Source: a virus (lineage: Duplodnaviria; Caudoviricetes). From it: 64,000 bases of DNA. Below are positions 36,942-45,982 of the stretch, piece after piece. Where the stretch lies: the IMG/VR virus record IMGVR_UViG_3300044656_000123, positions 32,119 to 96,118 of that record, one strand, 5' to 3'. The stretch's first letter is position 1. Each line of letters begins with the position of its first letter. Both the position numbers and the translations under genes were made by a program. The notes below the pieces were generated by a model. That model was not told the DNA's origin. It ran no database searches and saw only the letters and a list, made by a program, of their open reading frames with translations.

Positions 36942-37038
36942 TAAGAGAAGGCCCGAACATAGCCGATCCGGGCCTAACACAATAAATTAAAGGAGAATGA
37001 CACGTTGTATTACGCGCTACCTACCTGTGAAGTAAGGC
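36942..37038 (-). ncRNA. putative small RNA, unit 4
   Basis: TGtTATAAT (37053-37045); terminator AGGCCCG/CGGGCCT; carries anti-SD CAUUCUCCUUU. Confidence 0.6.
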
Positions 37039-37051
37039 AGGTAGATTATAA

Positions 37052-37145
37052 CAAAAGCAAAGAGCAGAGTAAAGATTTCTGGCAATCCCTACTCTGCTCT
37101 TTGCTTAGTGACGTGGATGGAAGTATCGTTATCTCGATGAGTTGC
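37052..37145 (-). ncRNA. putative small RNA, unit 5
   Basis: TGaTACACT (37160-37152); 15-bp stem AGCAAAGAGCAGAGT/ACTCTGCTCTTTGCT. Confidence 0.6.
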
Positions 37146-37163
37146 AAGCAAAGTGTATCACAC

Positions 37164-37256
37164 AAAGAACAAGTACGCAAGAGCGTCAGTGATGGAAGGG
37201 GCATTAGCAACCATCACTGACGCTCTTGCGTACATTATCAAATGTAATTCTGGTTC
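37164..37256 (-). ncRNA. putative small RNA, unit 6
   Basis: TGcTATGAT (37271-37263); perfect 23-bp stem 37173-37195/37211-37233. Confidence 0.6.
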
Positions 37257-37277
37257 TGTTCTATCATAGCACTACTG

Positions 37278-37911
37278 TCAATACCTGATGAAGTACACTC
37301 CGTTCCCGACGCTGTATTTAACATACGCTACTGCTGTCGGGTGCGCTCCCCAATTCATAGATGATCCTGTAAACGTGTTGCCATTTACGCTTTCCACTAC
37401 ACCAACATGGCCGAGGCCGAAAGCTCCTTGCACATTGGCGTTAAGCTGGAATATATCACCGCGTTGCGGCCTAGTGTCCACAGTCCAATGAAAATCTCGT
37501 GCGCGTGCTACCCATTGGTTAGCGTTACTCTGTGTCGTCCAAGGTACGAAGATACCATGTAAGTCGTGATAACGTTTGTTGGCGTACCATGTGCATTGAG
37601 GGAAACTAAAGAAGTTGCCAACGCCTTTTACTGCCTGCATTGTTTGTCCTTTCACGGTTAAACAGATTGTCTCACCGGGAAAGATCAAGTTTGCGTTAGG
37701 CAATCCGTTTATTGTCTGTAAATGCTGCCAAGTCGTGTTGTGTTGCTGTGCTATACCGCTCAACGTATCGCCAAAGTGAACCGTCACACCTAAACTGCAT
37801 GGCGGCGCTGCATGGGTGACAATGATACCTGATACCGTCAACGACAATGGTATCACCAGTACTATAAGTATTAGCGATAATATACGTGGGTTTCGGATTA
37901 TGACGCTCCAT
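37278..37911 (-). CDS. secreted LysM + CHAP cell-wall hydrolase, with apparent +1 frameshift near the N-terminus
   Basis: LysM VHFGDTLSGIA...NGLPNANLIFPGETI; CHAP QCTWYA...GHVGVVE; the SD/ATG at 37911 is out of frame with the signal helix. Confidence 0.85.
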
Positions 37912-37925
37912 GTCTGTTCTCCTTA

Positions 37926-38303
37926 CTAGTAAAGCCTTCTAATATCCAAATCCGGGTTAGGGGGCCTATCAAGTAACGATCCATCGACAACCGTTACTTT
38001 GACGCTATTTTTTCTTCCCCTCATACTTTTAACGCGCTCAGCAATATTAGGGAAGTAAACACCTAGTTTTCTGTCCAGTTTTCCTAGCAAATTTGAGCCA
38101 GGAAGCTCTGCATACGATTCAAGCAGGCTGAGCGCCCGGTTATGCATACCGCTAAGATCTTTGTGTAGCGCATAGAGTTGATCGAAGTTCTTCTTCACCC
38201 TGCCTAGCAGAGTTTCAAGGTCTTGAACTTTTAGCCGTAACCCGGTGTTTTCGGCTCTTAATCGCTTCAACTCATCTAATATTTCATCATTCTCCATATT
38301 CAA
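37926..38303 (-). CDS. coiled-coil hypothetical protein
   Basis: GAGGT SD; heptad pattern. Confidence 0.7.
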   Translation of the reverse strand: MNMENDEILDELKRLRAENTGLRLKVQDLETLLGRVKKNFDQLYALHKDLSGMHNRALSLLESYAELPGSNLLGKLDRKLGVYFPNIAERVKSMRGRKNSVKVTVVDGSLLDRPPNPDLDIRRLY

Positions 38304-38541
38304 CCTCGTAGCATAACAACTTGCGAACTACATATTTATGTGTAAATATCCAGTGCCTAGCTATGCTATAATCCCTTTTGTCTCTTGCAATGTCAAGGCC
38401 ACAACACCAGTGTACAGTAATTCCATGCCGCTCTAGACATTGCATATGCTTGATGAGTTGATCACAATGCAAGTCTGTCCACCTGCGGGGCCATCGCATA
38501 AATTCATATTCAGGATAATGTCTCACAACATAATGTACCAT
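38287..38541 (-). CDS. hypothetical protein
   Basis: AAGGTG SD. Confidence 0.6.
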   Translation of the reverse strand: MVHYVVRHYPEYEFMRWPRRWTDLHCDQLIKHMQCLERHGITVHWCCGLDIARDKRDYSIARHWIFTHKYVVRKLLCYEVEYGE

Positions 38542-38635
38542 TAGTCACCTTCTTTGTTACCTAGATAGTACCATGAGTGTTTATAGTGTTGAGTAATGTT
38601 GTAAGTACGGTTGTACGGACGTACGTACAGGTAGT

Positions 38636-39256
38636 ATGGATAAATTAATAGAATACGCTGACAATGTAGATATTTGGGACCTGCAACCCGGTGAACCTAG
38701 TATATGGCATGAGAGATTTGAATATTACAGGCTCATGGGGCCTTTGCGTACTATCGGCAAAGCATACAGGCGCTACCGTAAGGATATAGATAACGTTGAA
38801 ACTACCGCTTCTGCAACGCATTATTGGCGCGAGAAAGCGGCTCAATGGAAGTGGGAGGAGCGTGCTCAGGCGTGGGACGCTACAGTACAGGAAGAAAAAG
38901 AGGAACGAGCGCTTTCCGTTTTCAGCGAAGGTCTTTCTTTATCGCATGAGCGTGTTGCAAAGCTAAAATTAATAGCGCAAAAGCTTGAGGAATACATATT
39001 AGACCCTCGTACAACGCGAGTATCTCCGCACATCATTGAGCAATATCGTGGACTACTAGACGACATTGCTAAAGAACGCGGTGAACGCAGTAACAAGGTG
39101 TCAATTTCCGGTCCTTCAGGTGGTCCGATTGTGATTGAAACGCAGTGGGGGCGTGGCGGGTCTGCGTCAGAAGCGTGGAAGTCGTTACCGTCGCCAGTTA
39201 TAGACTCCGTTGTAGAAGAAATCACCGATACAGAGAATGGCAGCAAAGCAGACTAA
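38636..39256 (+). CDS. terminase small subunit (probable)
   Basis: Directly upstream of TerL; WDLQPGEP...YRLMGPLRTI...WKWEERAQAWD; SGPSGGPI C-terminal motif. Confidence 0.75.
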   Translation: MDKLIEYADNVDIWDLQPGEPSIWHERFEYYRLMGPLRTIGKAYRRYRKDIDNVETTASATHYWREKAAQWKWEERAQAWDATVQEEKEERALSVFSEGLSLSHERVAKLKLIAQKLEEYILDPRTTRVSPHIIEQYRGLLDDIAKERGERSNKVSISGPSGGPIVIETQWGRGGSASEAWKSLPSPVIDSVVEEITDTENGSKAD

Positions 39257-40637
39257 AAAACTTACCGTATCGCTATACACTCCGCACGCTGGACAGATGC
39301 TACTACACAACTGTCCGGCGCGTTTTCGTGTCATGAGTTGCGGTAGACGCTTTGGTAAGACGCTGGCAGCGACCAATGAACTTGCTAAAAAGGCACTGGA
39401 AAAGCCTTCTAGTCTTAACTGGTGGGTAGCCCCGACGTATAGACAGACAGAAATTGCGTTCAATCTTCTTGCTGAGGCCCTTACCCCGGTCATGACCAAA
39501 GACCCTAACCGGGGGAAAATGCGCATTGATCTTATCAATGGATCAGTCATTGAATGTAGATCCGCAGAACGCTATGAAAATATGCGCGGCGACGGTCCTA
39601 GCTTTGTTGTGTTTGATGAAGCGTCTAAGTGTCCTAAAGAGGCATGGACGGAAGTAGTGAGACCTGCGTTAGCAGATAATCAAGGCGGTGGAATATTTAT
39701 TAGTACACCGTGGGGGCATGACTGGTTTTGGGAACTTTTCATGCGTGGACAGGACCCGAACGAGCCTGATTATTGGTCTCATAGTTTTCCGACATGGGCA
39801 AACCCTTTTATTCCTGCAAAGGAAATAGACGAAGCAAGAAGAACGTTACCTGAATTTGTATTTAAACAAGAATTTGAGGCAGTATTCTTAGATGATGCAG
39901 CTTCAGTATTTCGTAAAATTGATCAATGTGTTGCTGGTGATTTCAGAGAGCCGGAGCCGGGACACTATTACGTAGTAGGATGGGACGTTGCTAAACAGGA
40001 CGACTATTCAGTTATCACAGTTATTGATTGCAACACAGGCGAGGTTGTGTATTTTAACCGTTTCAATCGAGTTGATTATAGCATGCAGTTGGATAACTAT
40101 GTTGTACCAACGGTACACCGCTTTAACAATGCTCATGTTATTATGGATAGTACAGGTGTCGGCAATCCTATCTTAGAAGAAGCTATAAAAAGAGATATAT
40201 CGGTTGAAGGCTATTACTTTACGAACGCAAGCAAGAAAGAACTTATTGATAGAACCGTCGTTGCTATCGAAAATAGATACATTACCTACCCCTCTATCCC
40301 AATTTTGCTCAGCGAACTTAAGGCTTTTAGTTATGAAATCACCAAATCGAGAAATGTTATATATAGTGCCCCTGAAGGGCAACACGATGATTGTGTTATA
40401 AGTCTTTGTTTAGCTGTGTGGGGTGCAAAACGAGGAGCTACAATACCATTTGAGGTAACAACGCGAAAAGAAGAAAATGCAACTGCTATAATACCTCAGA
40501 CACACAAGGTAGATCAGGCGTGGATAATGCTTCGTCAGCAACAGATGGCTCGGTCCCTGTCATGGGTACAATCTTCAGCGCCTTATGTCGCGCCGGAAAG
40601 CGATGGGAAAAATGATAATACTTGGGGAGTGGCATGA
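39237..40637 (+). CDS. terL: terminase large subunit
   Basis: Walker A GRRFGKT, Walker B VVFDEAS, ISTP, nuclease GWDVAK and HDDCVISL. Confidence 0.95.
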   Translation: MAAKQTKKLTVSLYTPHAGQMLLHNCPARFRVMSCGRRFGKTLAATNELAKKALEKPSSLNWWVAPTYRQTEIAFNLLAEALTPVMTKDPNRGKMRIDLINGSVIECRSAERYENMRGDGPSFVVFDEASKCPKEAWTEVVRPALADNQGGGIFISTPWGHDWFWELFMRGQDPNEPDYWSHSFPTWANPFIPAKEIDEARRTLPEFVFKQEFEAVFLDDAASVFRKIDQCVAGDFREPEPGHYYVVGWDVAKQDDYSVITVIDCNTGEVVYFNRFNRVDYSMQLDNYVVPTVHRFNNAHVIMDSTGVGNPILEEAIKRDISVEGYYFTNASKKELIDRTVVAIENRYITYPSIPILLSELKAFSYEITKSRNVIYSAPEGQHDDCVISLCLAVWGAKRGATIPFEVTTRKEENATAIIPQTHKVDQAWIMLRQQQMARSLSWVQSSAPYVAPESDGKNDNTWGVA

Positions 40638-42496
40638 CTAAGAAGTATAAGAAGCAAAAATCACAGCCTGTTACTCGGTGGGAATGGGAAGATTTAGCGC
40701 AAGATAAGAATTTATCGCGTGAGTATACGCAGCTTGCCACAGCCTTACATGAGGCGCAATCTCTTGCTGTGCAAAAATCTGTGCGCATGGGAGGCTCCCC
40801 GGCTGAGTACATTGATTTAACTCGCGCAACCGCAATCTTAGAACGTTCTCCGCAGCTTATACCCTACTTAGACAGCATCAGAAAGCAAGGTAGTAGCCTT
40901 CCTACAGGCTTTACATCGTATCAGAGCTACCTACAAAAACAAAGCCCTACAGGTAACGCGCACCCGCAAGCAACGCAATCATCTGGCCTTTGGTCAGGCA
41001 ATCAATCTGAGCCTGATGGCGCGCCAAATGCTAGGATTATGCGTGATCTTGCTGATTCAAACGAGTGGGTACGTGCGGCTATTAACACCAGACGCCAGCA
41101 AATAGGCAGAGCTAACATAGCGGTTATGCCCTTCAATGAAAGAAAGTCGTATCCCAAACAGCTAGCTAAGCGTATACAATTATTGCTCGATCAACCAAAC
41201 GAGTACAGGCAAAACTACTACGAGCTTATGTCATCTGTTTGCGATGATATTTTAGTGCTTGATCGTGGCGTGCTCTTAAAGGATATGACAACCTCACGTC
41301 AGCCTGTCCATCTCTATACAGAAGATGGCGCAAACGTTAAAATTTACCCTGATTGGTCAGGCAAAGACAGAGAGCCGCGCTATGTGTATGTAGATCCGCA
41401 GAGTAATCGCAAGGTGCCTCTACGCAACGATGAGTGCGTCATGATGATGGCGAATCCTGCCACGTACCGTTTCTCGCTTTCCCCGGTGCAAGTGCTCTAT
41501 AACACCATTCGGGCTGACCTTGCAGCAACAAAGTCGGCTGCAAGCATGGTAAGTATGAAGCCGCCGCCACATATGATCCAATTGCAGGGGGCTACGCAAC
41601 AGCAGTTAGAAGCTATCCGCGCACGCTATGAATCGGAGATTGCTGGACAGAAAGAAATTTTCTGGATTTCGGGCCAGAATCCAGCAAATGTGACACCGCT
41701 TATCTTTTCGGCCAGAGATAACCAATGGCTTGAATGGCAGGTGTATCTCGCAAGAAAGATTGCGGTTGTTTTTCAGATTTCGCCTCAACAACTCGGCATA
41801 ACTTTTGACATTAATAAAGCTACTGCCTCTTCACAGCAAGAAATCTTTGAGGATACCGGGCTAATACCTCTGCTTTTATTGATCGAATCATACTTAAACG
41901 AGGAAATTGTAGGTGATTTTGCTGCGAAGCTGCCTGATGGCCGCGTTGATTTTGATTCAATTAACCTTCGCATACTTTTCCCTGAAGTCTCCGAGTCGGA
42001 CAGGCAAATGCACGCGGAACGGGCGATCAAAGTTGCAACGACGGGCTTAGCTGGCCTGCCAAGTATGACGTTAAACCAAGTGCTTGCATTGTTTGGTGAA
42101 GAGCCAGTTGAAGGCGGAAACACGTTTTATGCGCCAACGCGTGAAGGTCCGTTACCGTGGCTTAGCTATGATAATAAGCTCGGTGAATTTACACCGTGGG
42201 CTACAACTGATGGCTCTATGGGAGGTCAAGACCCGCTTGGTGGTCCGACTGACAATCAGACACCGCGTGACGGTACAGGCGGCTCCGGTGATTACGCTGG
42301 CCCGATACAAAGTCAGGGCGCAGATTCGCCTGAAGATTTAGGGCAGCAGGCAGGCGCTAATAGTAGCAGAGGCAGTAATGCAAGCTCTAGCGCAGGTGAT
42401 AAGGGTTCTAGTGGCGGTAAAGCACAAAGTTCAGGCGGAAAGAAGAGTTTTGATAATCGTCGTTATGGGAAGCGTTGGATTCCCGAAAGGAAATAG
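40634..42496 (+). CDS. portal protein (HK97-like) with Gly/Ser-rich tail
   Basis: WVRAAINTR, LLDQPNEY, LSPVQVL, IAVVFQISPQQLG motifs; position after TerL. Confidence 0.9.
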   Translation: MTKKYKKQKSQPVTRWEWEDLAQDKNLSREYTQLATALHEAQSLAVQKSVRMGGSPAEYIDLTRATAILERSPQLIPYLDSIRKQGSSLPTGFTSYQSYLQKQSPTGNAHPQATQSSGLWSGNQSEPDGAPNARIMRDLADSNEWVRAAINTRRQQIGRANIAVMPFNERKSYPKQLAKRIQLLLDQPNEYRQNYYELMSSVCDDILVLDRGVLLKDMTTSRQPVHLYTEDGANVKIYPDWSGKDREPRYVYVDPQSNRKVPLRNDECVMMMANPATYRFSLSPVQVLYNTIRADLAATKSAASMVSMKPPPHMIQLQGATQQQLEAIRARYESEIAGQKEIFWISGQNPANVTPLIFSARDNQWLEWQVYLARKIAVVFQISPQQLGITFDINKATASSQQEIFEDTGLIPLLLLIESYLNEEIVGDFAAKLPDGRVDFDSINLRILFPEVSESDRQMHAERAIKVATTGLAGLPSMTLNQVLALFGEEPVEGGNTFYAPTREGPLPWLSYDNKLGEFTPWATTDGSMGGQDPLGGPTDNQTPRDGTGGSGDYAGPIQSQGADSPEDLGQQAGANSSRGSNASSSAGDKGSSGGKAQSSGGKKSFDNRRYGKRWIPERK

Positions 42497-42498
42497 CT

Positions 42499-42723
42499 AT
42501 GTATCACGGCAATAATAAACATCACATTGATATGCATGACGATGTTGAGGTAAAGGAAGCTCAGCTAGTTAAGACTGCTGACGGTCATGAGATTCATGTC
42601 AAATACACTGTCAAACCCGGTATTGACGCCAGTGAAGTGCGCTATATGCACCGAACAAACGGCGTCAATCACAGCATGGACGATGTAAAGCCAGTGGTTG
42701 AGAAAGAAAGCAAGAAAAAGTAA
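42499..42723 (+). CDS. hypothetical protein
   Basis: AAGGA SD; lies between portal and protease. Confidence 0.65.
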   Translation: MYHGNNKHHIDMHDDVEVKEAQLVKTADGHEIHVKYTVKPGIDASEVRYMHRTNGVNHSMDDVKPVVEKESKKK

Positions 42724-45138
42724 ATGTCAAAAATCGTTGAGCTTGCGCCAGCAATTACGCTTGACGACGTAATTGCAACGAAAGGCGTGGGGTATAAGCC
42801 TGACTTTAAGATCCATACGGCAGGCATCGAGCCAGATAGAAGCAATAATCGCTTAGTGCATATGGTTGGTTCTAGCACAGAACAGGATATGCAAGGCGAC
42901 ATCATGACCTTGTATGCCTTAAATGACATGACAAAGGCGGCTCCAAATATGACGATCTGGTTAAATCATAATTATGATTTGCCCGGTTCAATATTTGGTT
43001 CTGTTGTTGGCGCTCCTACCATTAAGCACCAGCAAGGTATTGCGGATCTGCACTTAACCGTAGATGTAGAGCTTGACAACCCCGCAGCCGCGCAAGTTAA
43101 GCGATACATTGATAATGGCAGGCGTTTAGGGTGCTCTATCGGCTGCATGGTTACTAAATACGAGGTGCCAACAGAGGACGACGGGCCTAATTGGGCGAAT
43201 ATGCCCATCAAAATACTTGGTGTTTACCCGGTAGAATATAGTGTCGTGGGCATACCGTGTAATCAAAGATCGTGGGTTGAGAATGCTATAAGCGGCGTTT
43301 TCACCCGAACGCTCGATCCTGCTCTAGCCCCGGCTATGAAGTCATTATGGCCTTCTCGCTACAAGGAAATGGCGAAATCTTTTAGCGATGAGACCCGTGT
43401 TAAAATGGATATGTACGAGCCACGCGAGGCCATTGACGGACGCATCGAATGGTTGCCAGCAAAGAAAATGTTCTTAATGAGCTACGATGGTAAAGAACGC
43501 CGCTTTAACACGAAGGACCTGCAAGATTTCTTTGCTGGCGCTCAGCCTATCCGCACAGAGCAAGAAGTTGACGATCTTCTTGACCTCGATCTTAAGATTG
43601 ACGATCTAGGAGAAGATGAACTTGACCTTGTTAAAGGCGTCTGCGGCAAAACTTCATGGCCGCTTGACATGGAAAGTTCATGGGACAAATCTACCGCGCA
43701 CCATCATTTACTTGAGTGGGCAGGCGGCAAAGAGAACTTTCAAGCATCAAAGTTTAAAAGTACTCATTTCTGGTATGACAATGACGGTACGCAGATTAGC
43801 GATTTCCATTATCCGTTTTGCGATGTTAAAGGCGGAAAGGTAGTTGCTGTTTGGCATGCAATAGTCGCGGCTGCTGCTGCATTGGGAGGCGCAAGGAGCG
43901 GAACCGATGCAGGTGGAAAAGGCGCTATCCGCAGCCGCGTGGCTTCATATTATCACAAAGCTGGAAAAACCCCACCCTGGGAAGAAGGCGCAGAGAAGGA
44001 TGAAAAGTCAGTGGATGAATTAGAACTTACTGAGAAAGAACAAGCCCAACAGGAGCTTGACAAAGTTGCTGCGGGTAAACCTGCCGACGATAAGAAGCCA
44101 AGTAAAGACGACAAGGACCCTGACAACGACGGGGATGATGATACAGACCCTAAAAAGGACACTGATCACGACTACGCCGGGAAGCAGGATGACGACAAAA
44201 AAGACGATCAGGATGATGAAGAGGAAGATGAGGACGGTAAAGGTGGTCATGAAGGCAGCAACAAAGAAGGCAATGACAAGAAATCTGCCGAAGAAGTTGT
44301 ACAGTCATCCGAACTAGACCCCGGCAAGATTGCTCTGCTTGCTGCATACAACACGGTAGGAAAATCGTTGAACTTACCGGAGTTGACTACTGAGAAATAC
44401 CTTGAAGTGCAGAAAGCAGGAGTACAGATTGACGGTCAGCACATGCATCACTTACAGATGCTACACGACATGGTTTGTTCTATGTCCGGTGGTATGACCT
44501 GCTCAAATGCTCCTGCTCAGTCTTTCAGTGACGCCGTAGCTCAGGCTCAGGAAATTTCAGGCAATTCTCCTAGCGTCATGCCTTCTGTTGCGTATTCACT
44601 CGGTGATCACTTAAACAAGATCACGAAGTCAATGGAAGCCTATAACGGCTACATGGAACAGATGCAAAAATTTGTAGAAGGCCAGAGCACCGTTAAAGTT
44701 GAGCTTGAGAAGGCGCAGCAAGAGGTTGCGACACTTGGCGCTGAAGTCGTGAAGTATCAGGAAACTATTGCTTCGCTCAAAGACATGCCTCTAGGCAACC
44801 CGATTCACCATAATCGCACAGTGCATGAGGCAGACCGGGACGCAACGATCACACGTGAAGAAATTCTAGGTATTAACAAGGCCGCGCCCGTCGAATGGCA
44901 GGCAGAAGATTCTCTTGCCAAAGCCTTTGAAATGACTTCGACAAAGAAGAAGAATGCAGGCGGCATGTTTATTGAGTATCGTGTATGGCCTGAAGGCGTT
45001 GGCGGCGACACGAAGAAGGGTGTAAGACCTGAGCTTACCTCCGACCAAATCACCTACATGAGCTTTCAGGACATCAACAACTATCGTGAAGGTAAATACG
45101 CCGAAGTCCCCTGTATCGGGAGCCAGAAAGCAAAGTAA
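42724..45138 (+). CDS. prohead protease / scaffold fusion
   Basis: DMQGDIM, WLNHN, GCSIG, EYSVVGIPCN (HK97-type protease motifs); acidic linker; C-terminal coiled coil. Confidence 0.85.
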   Translation: MSKIVELAPAITLDDVIATKGVGYKPDFKIHTAGIEPDRSNNRLVHMVGSSTEQDMQGDIMTLYALNDMTKAAPNMTIWLNHNYDLPGSIFGSVVGAPTIKHQQGIADLHLTVDVELDNPAAAQVKRYIDNGRRLGCSIGCMVTKYEVPTEDDGPNWANMPIKILGVYPVEYSVVGIPCNQRSWVENAISGVFTRTLDPALAPAMKSLWPSRYKEMAKSFSDETRVKMDMYEPREAIDGRIEWLPAKKMFLMSYDGKERRFNTKDLQDFFAGAQPIRTEQEVDDLLDLDLKIDDLGEDELDLVKGVCGKTSWPLDMESSWDKSTAHHHLLEWAGGKENFQASKFKSTHFWYDNDGTQISDFHYPFCDVKGGKVVAVWHAIVAAAAALGGARSGTDAGGKGAIRSRVASYYHKAGKTPPWEEGAEKDEKSVDELELTEKEQAQQELDKVAAGKPADDKKPSKDDKDPDNDGDDDTDPKKDTDHDYAGKQDDDKKDDQDDEEEDEDGKGGHEGSNKEGNDKKSAEEVVQSSELDPGKIALLAAYNTVGKSLNLPELTTEKYLEVQKAGVQIDGQHMHHLQMLHDMVCSMSGGMTCSNAPAQSFSDAVAQAQEISGNSPSVMPSVAYSLGDHLNKITKSMEAYNGYMEQMQKFVEGQSTVKVELEKAQQEVATLGAEVVKYQETIASLKDMPLGNPIHHNRTVHEADRDATITREEILGINKAAPVEWQAEDSLAKAFEMTSTKKKNAGGMFIEYRVWPEGVGGDTKKGVRPELTSDQITYMSFQDINNYREGKYAEVPCIGSQKAK

Positions 45139-45582
45139 ATGAAAAAGCACCAGCCTGTAAACGTTAACGAGGTACACAAATCAGAGCTAGCAAGCGCCGG
45201 ATTTAACCAGTCTCTTGCACTGACAATTACGAAGGCTACAAACAGCATGGTGTGTGCCTATGCGTTTGCAGCGCTGGCATTACTTGGTTTCCCGGCCCTG
45301 AGTTTGTTCATGGGGCCGGAGCTAGCTATATACGTTGCATGGTTTAGTCAGACCTTCTTGCAACTGACTTTCTTACCCGTCCTGTCCGTAGGTCAGGGCA
45401 TTATGAGTAGGCATCAAGAGCTACAGTCAGAAGAGCAATTCAACACTACTGTAAAGATATACGGTGACATAGAAGAACTGAAGCAAGAGATAGCTGAACT
45501 CAGGCGGGAAAACAAAGAGATTAAAGGCTTGTTAATCCGCATTGCATTGGAGCATGAGCACAATGAAAAAGAATCAGTCTGA
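45139..45582 (+). CDS. DUF1003-like membrane protein
   Basis: SMVCAYAFAALAL...WFSQTFLQLTFLPVLSVGQ followed by a coiled coil. Confidence 0.65.
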   Translation: MKKHQPVNVNEVHKSELASAGFNQSLALTITKATNSMVCAYAFAALALLGFPALSLFMGPELAIYVAWFSQTFLQLTFLPVLSVGQGIMSRHQELQSEEQFNTTVKIYGDIEELKQEIAELRRENKEIKGLLIRIALEHEHNEKESV

Positions 45583-45766
45583 GCTAGATGACCTCATTTT
45601 CGAGCTAAACGATGCTTCACCTCATAAATATCGGCTAACCAATACAGAGCATCCACCGACTAGAAAAGAGTTCTTTATTGCGGTTGCGGTTGGAGCCTTT
45701 CTTTATATGGGCATACCTCTTGTCGCTGGAATTGTCGTTGTGATAAGTCGTGCGCTAGGCCATTAG
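45563..45766 (+). CDS. small membrane protein
   Basis: C-terminal hydrophobic segment; GGAG SD. Confidence 0.55.
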   Translation: MKKNQSELDDLIFELNDASPHKYRLTNTEHPPTRKEFFIAVAVGAFLYMGIPLVAGIVVVISRALGH

Positions 45767-45982
45767 TACTTGACTAAGTGACCTTTTATCTCAGTTGTGT
45801 GTTATAGTTAGTAGTCATAAGGTTGTCCGGTCATGTGGATGATATTTGTTCTCCGTATCAATAAGCTGGCCGGACAGTCTTGAACTAAGCAGAAATATTG
45901 TACAGCCACATATTTCGATAGCGCTTCATGCGGCTTACGAGCGTGCGCCAGGGCAGCAACACTACATTTGTAAGGAAGAAAA

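Noticed and set aside
36673-37220. Plus-strand ORFs 36673..36879 and 37005..37220
   Set aside because: TTG starts, run through strong hairpins, no protein-like features; better explained by the sRNA array
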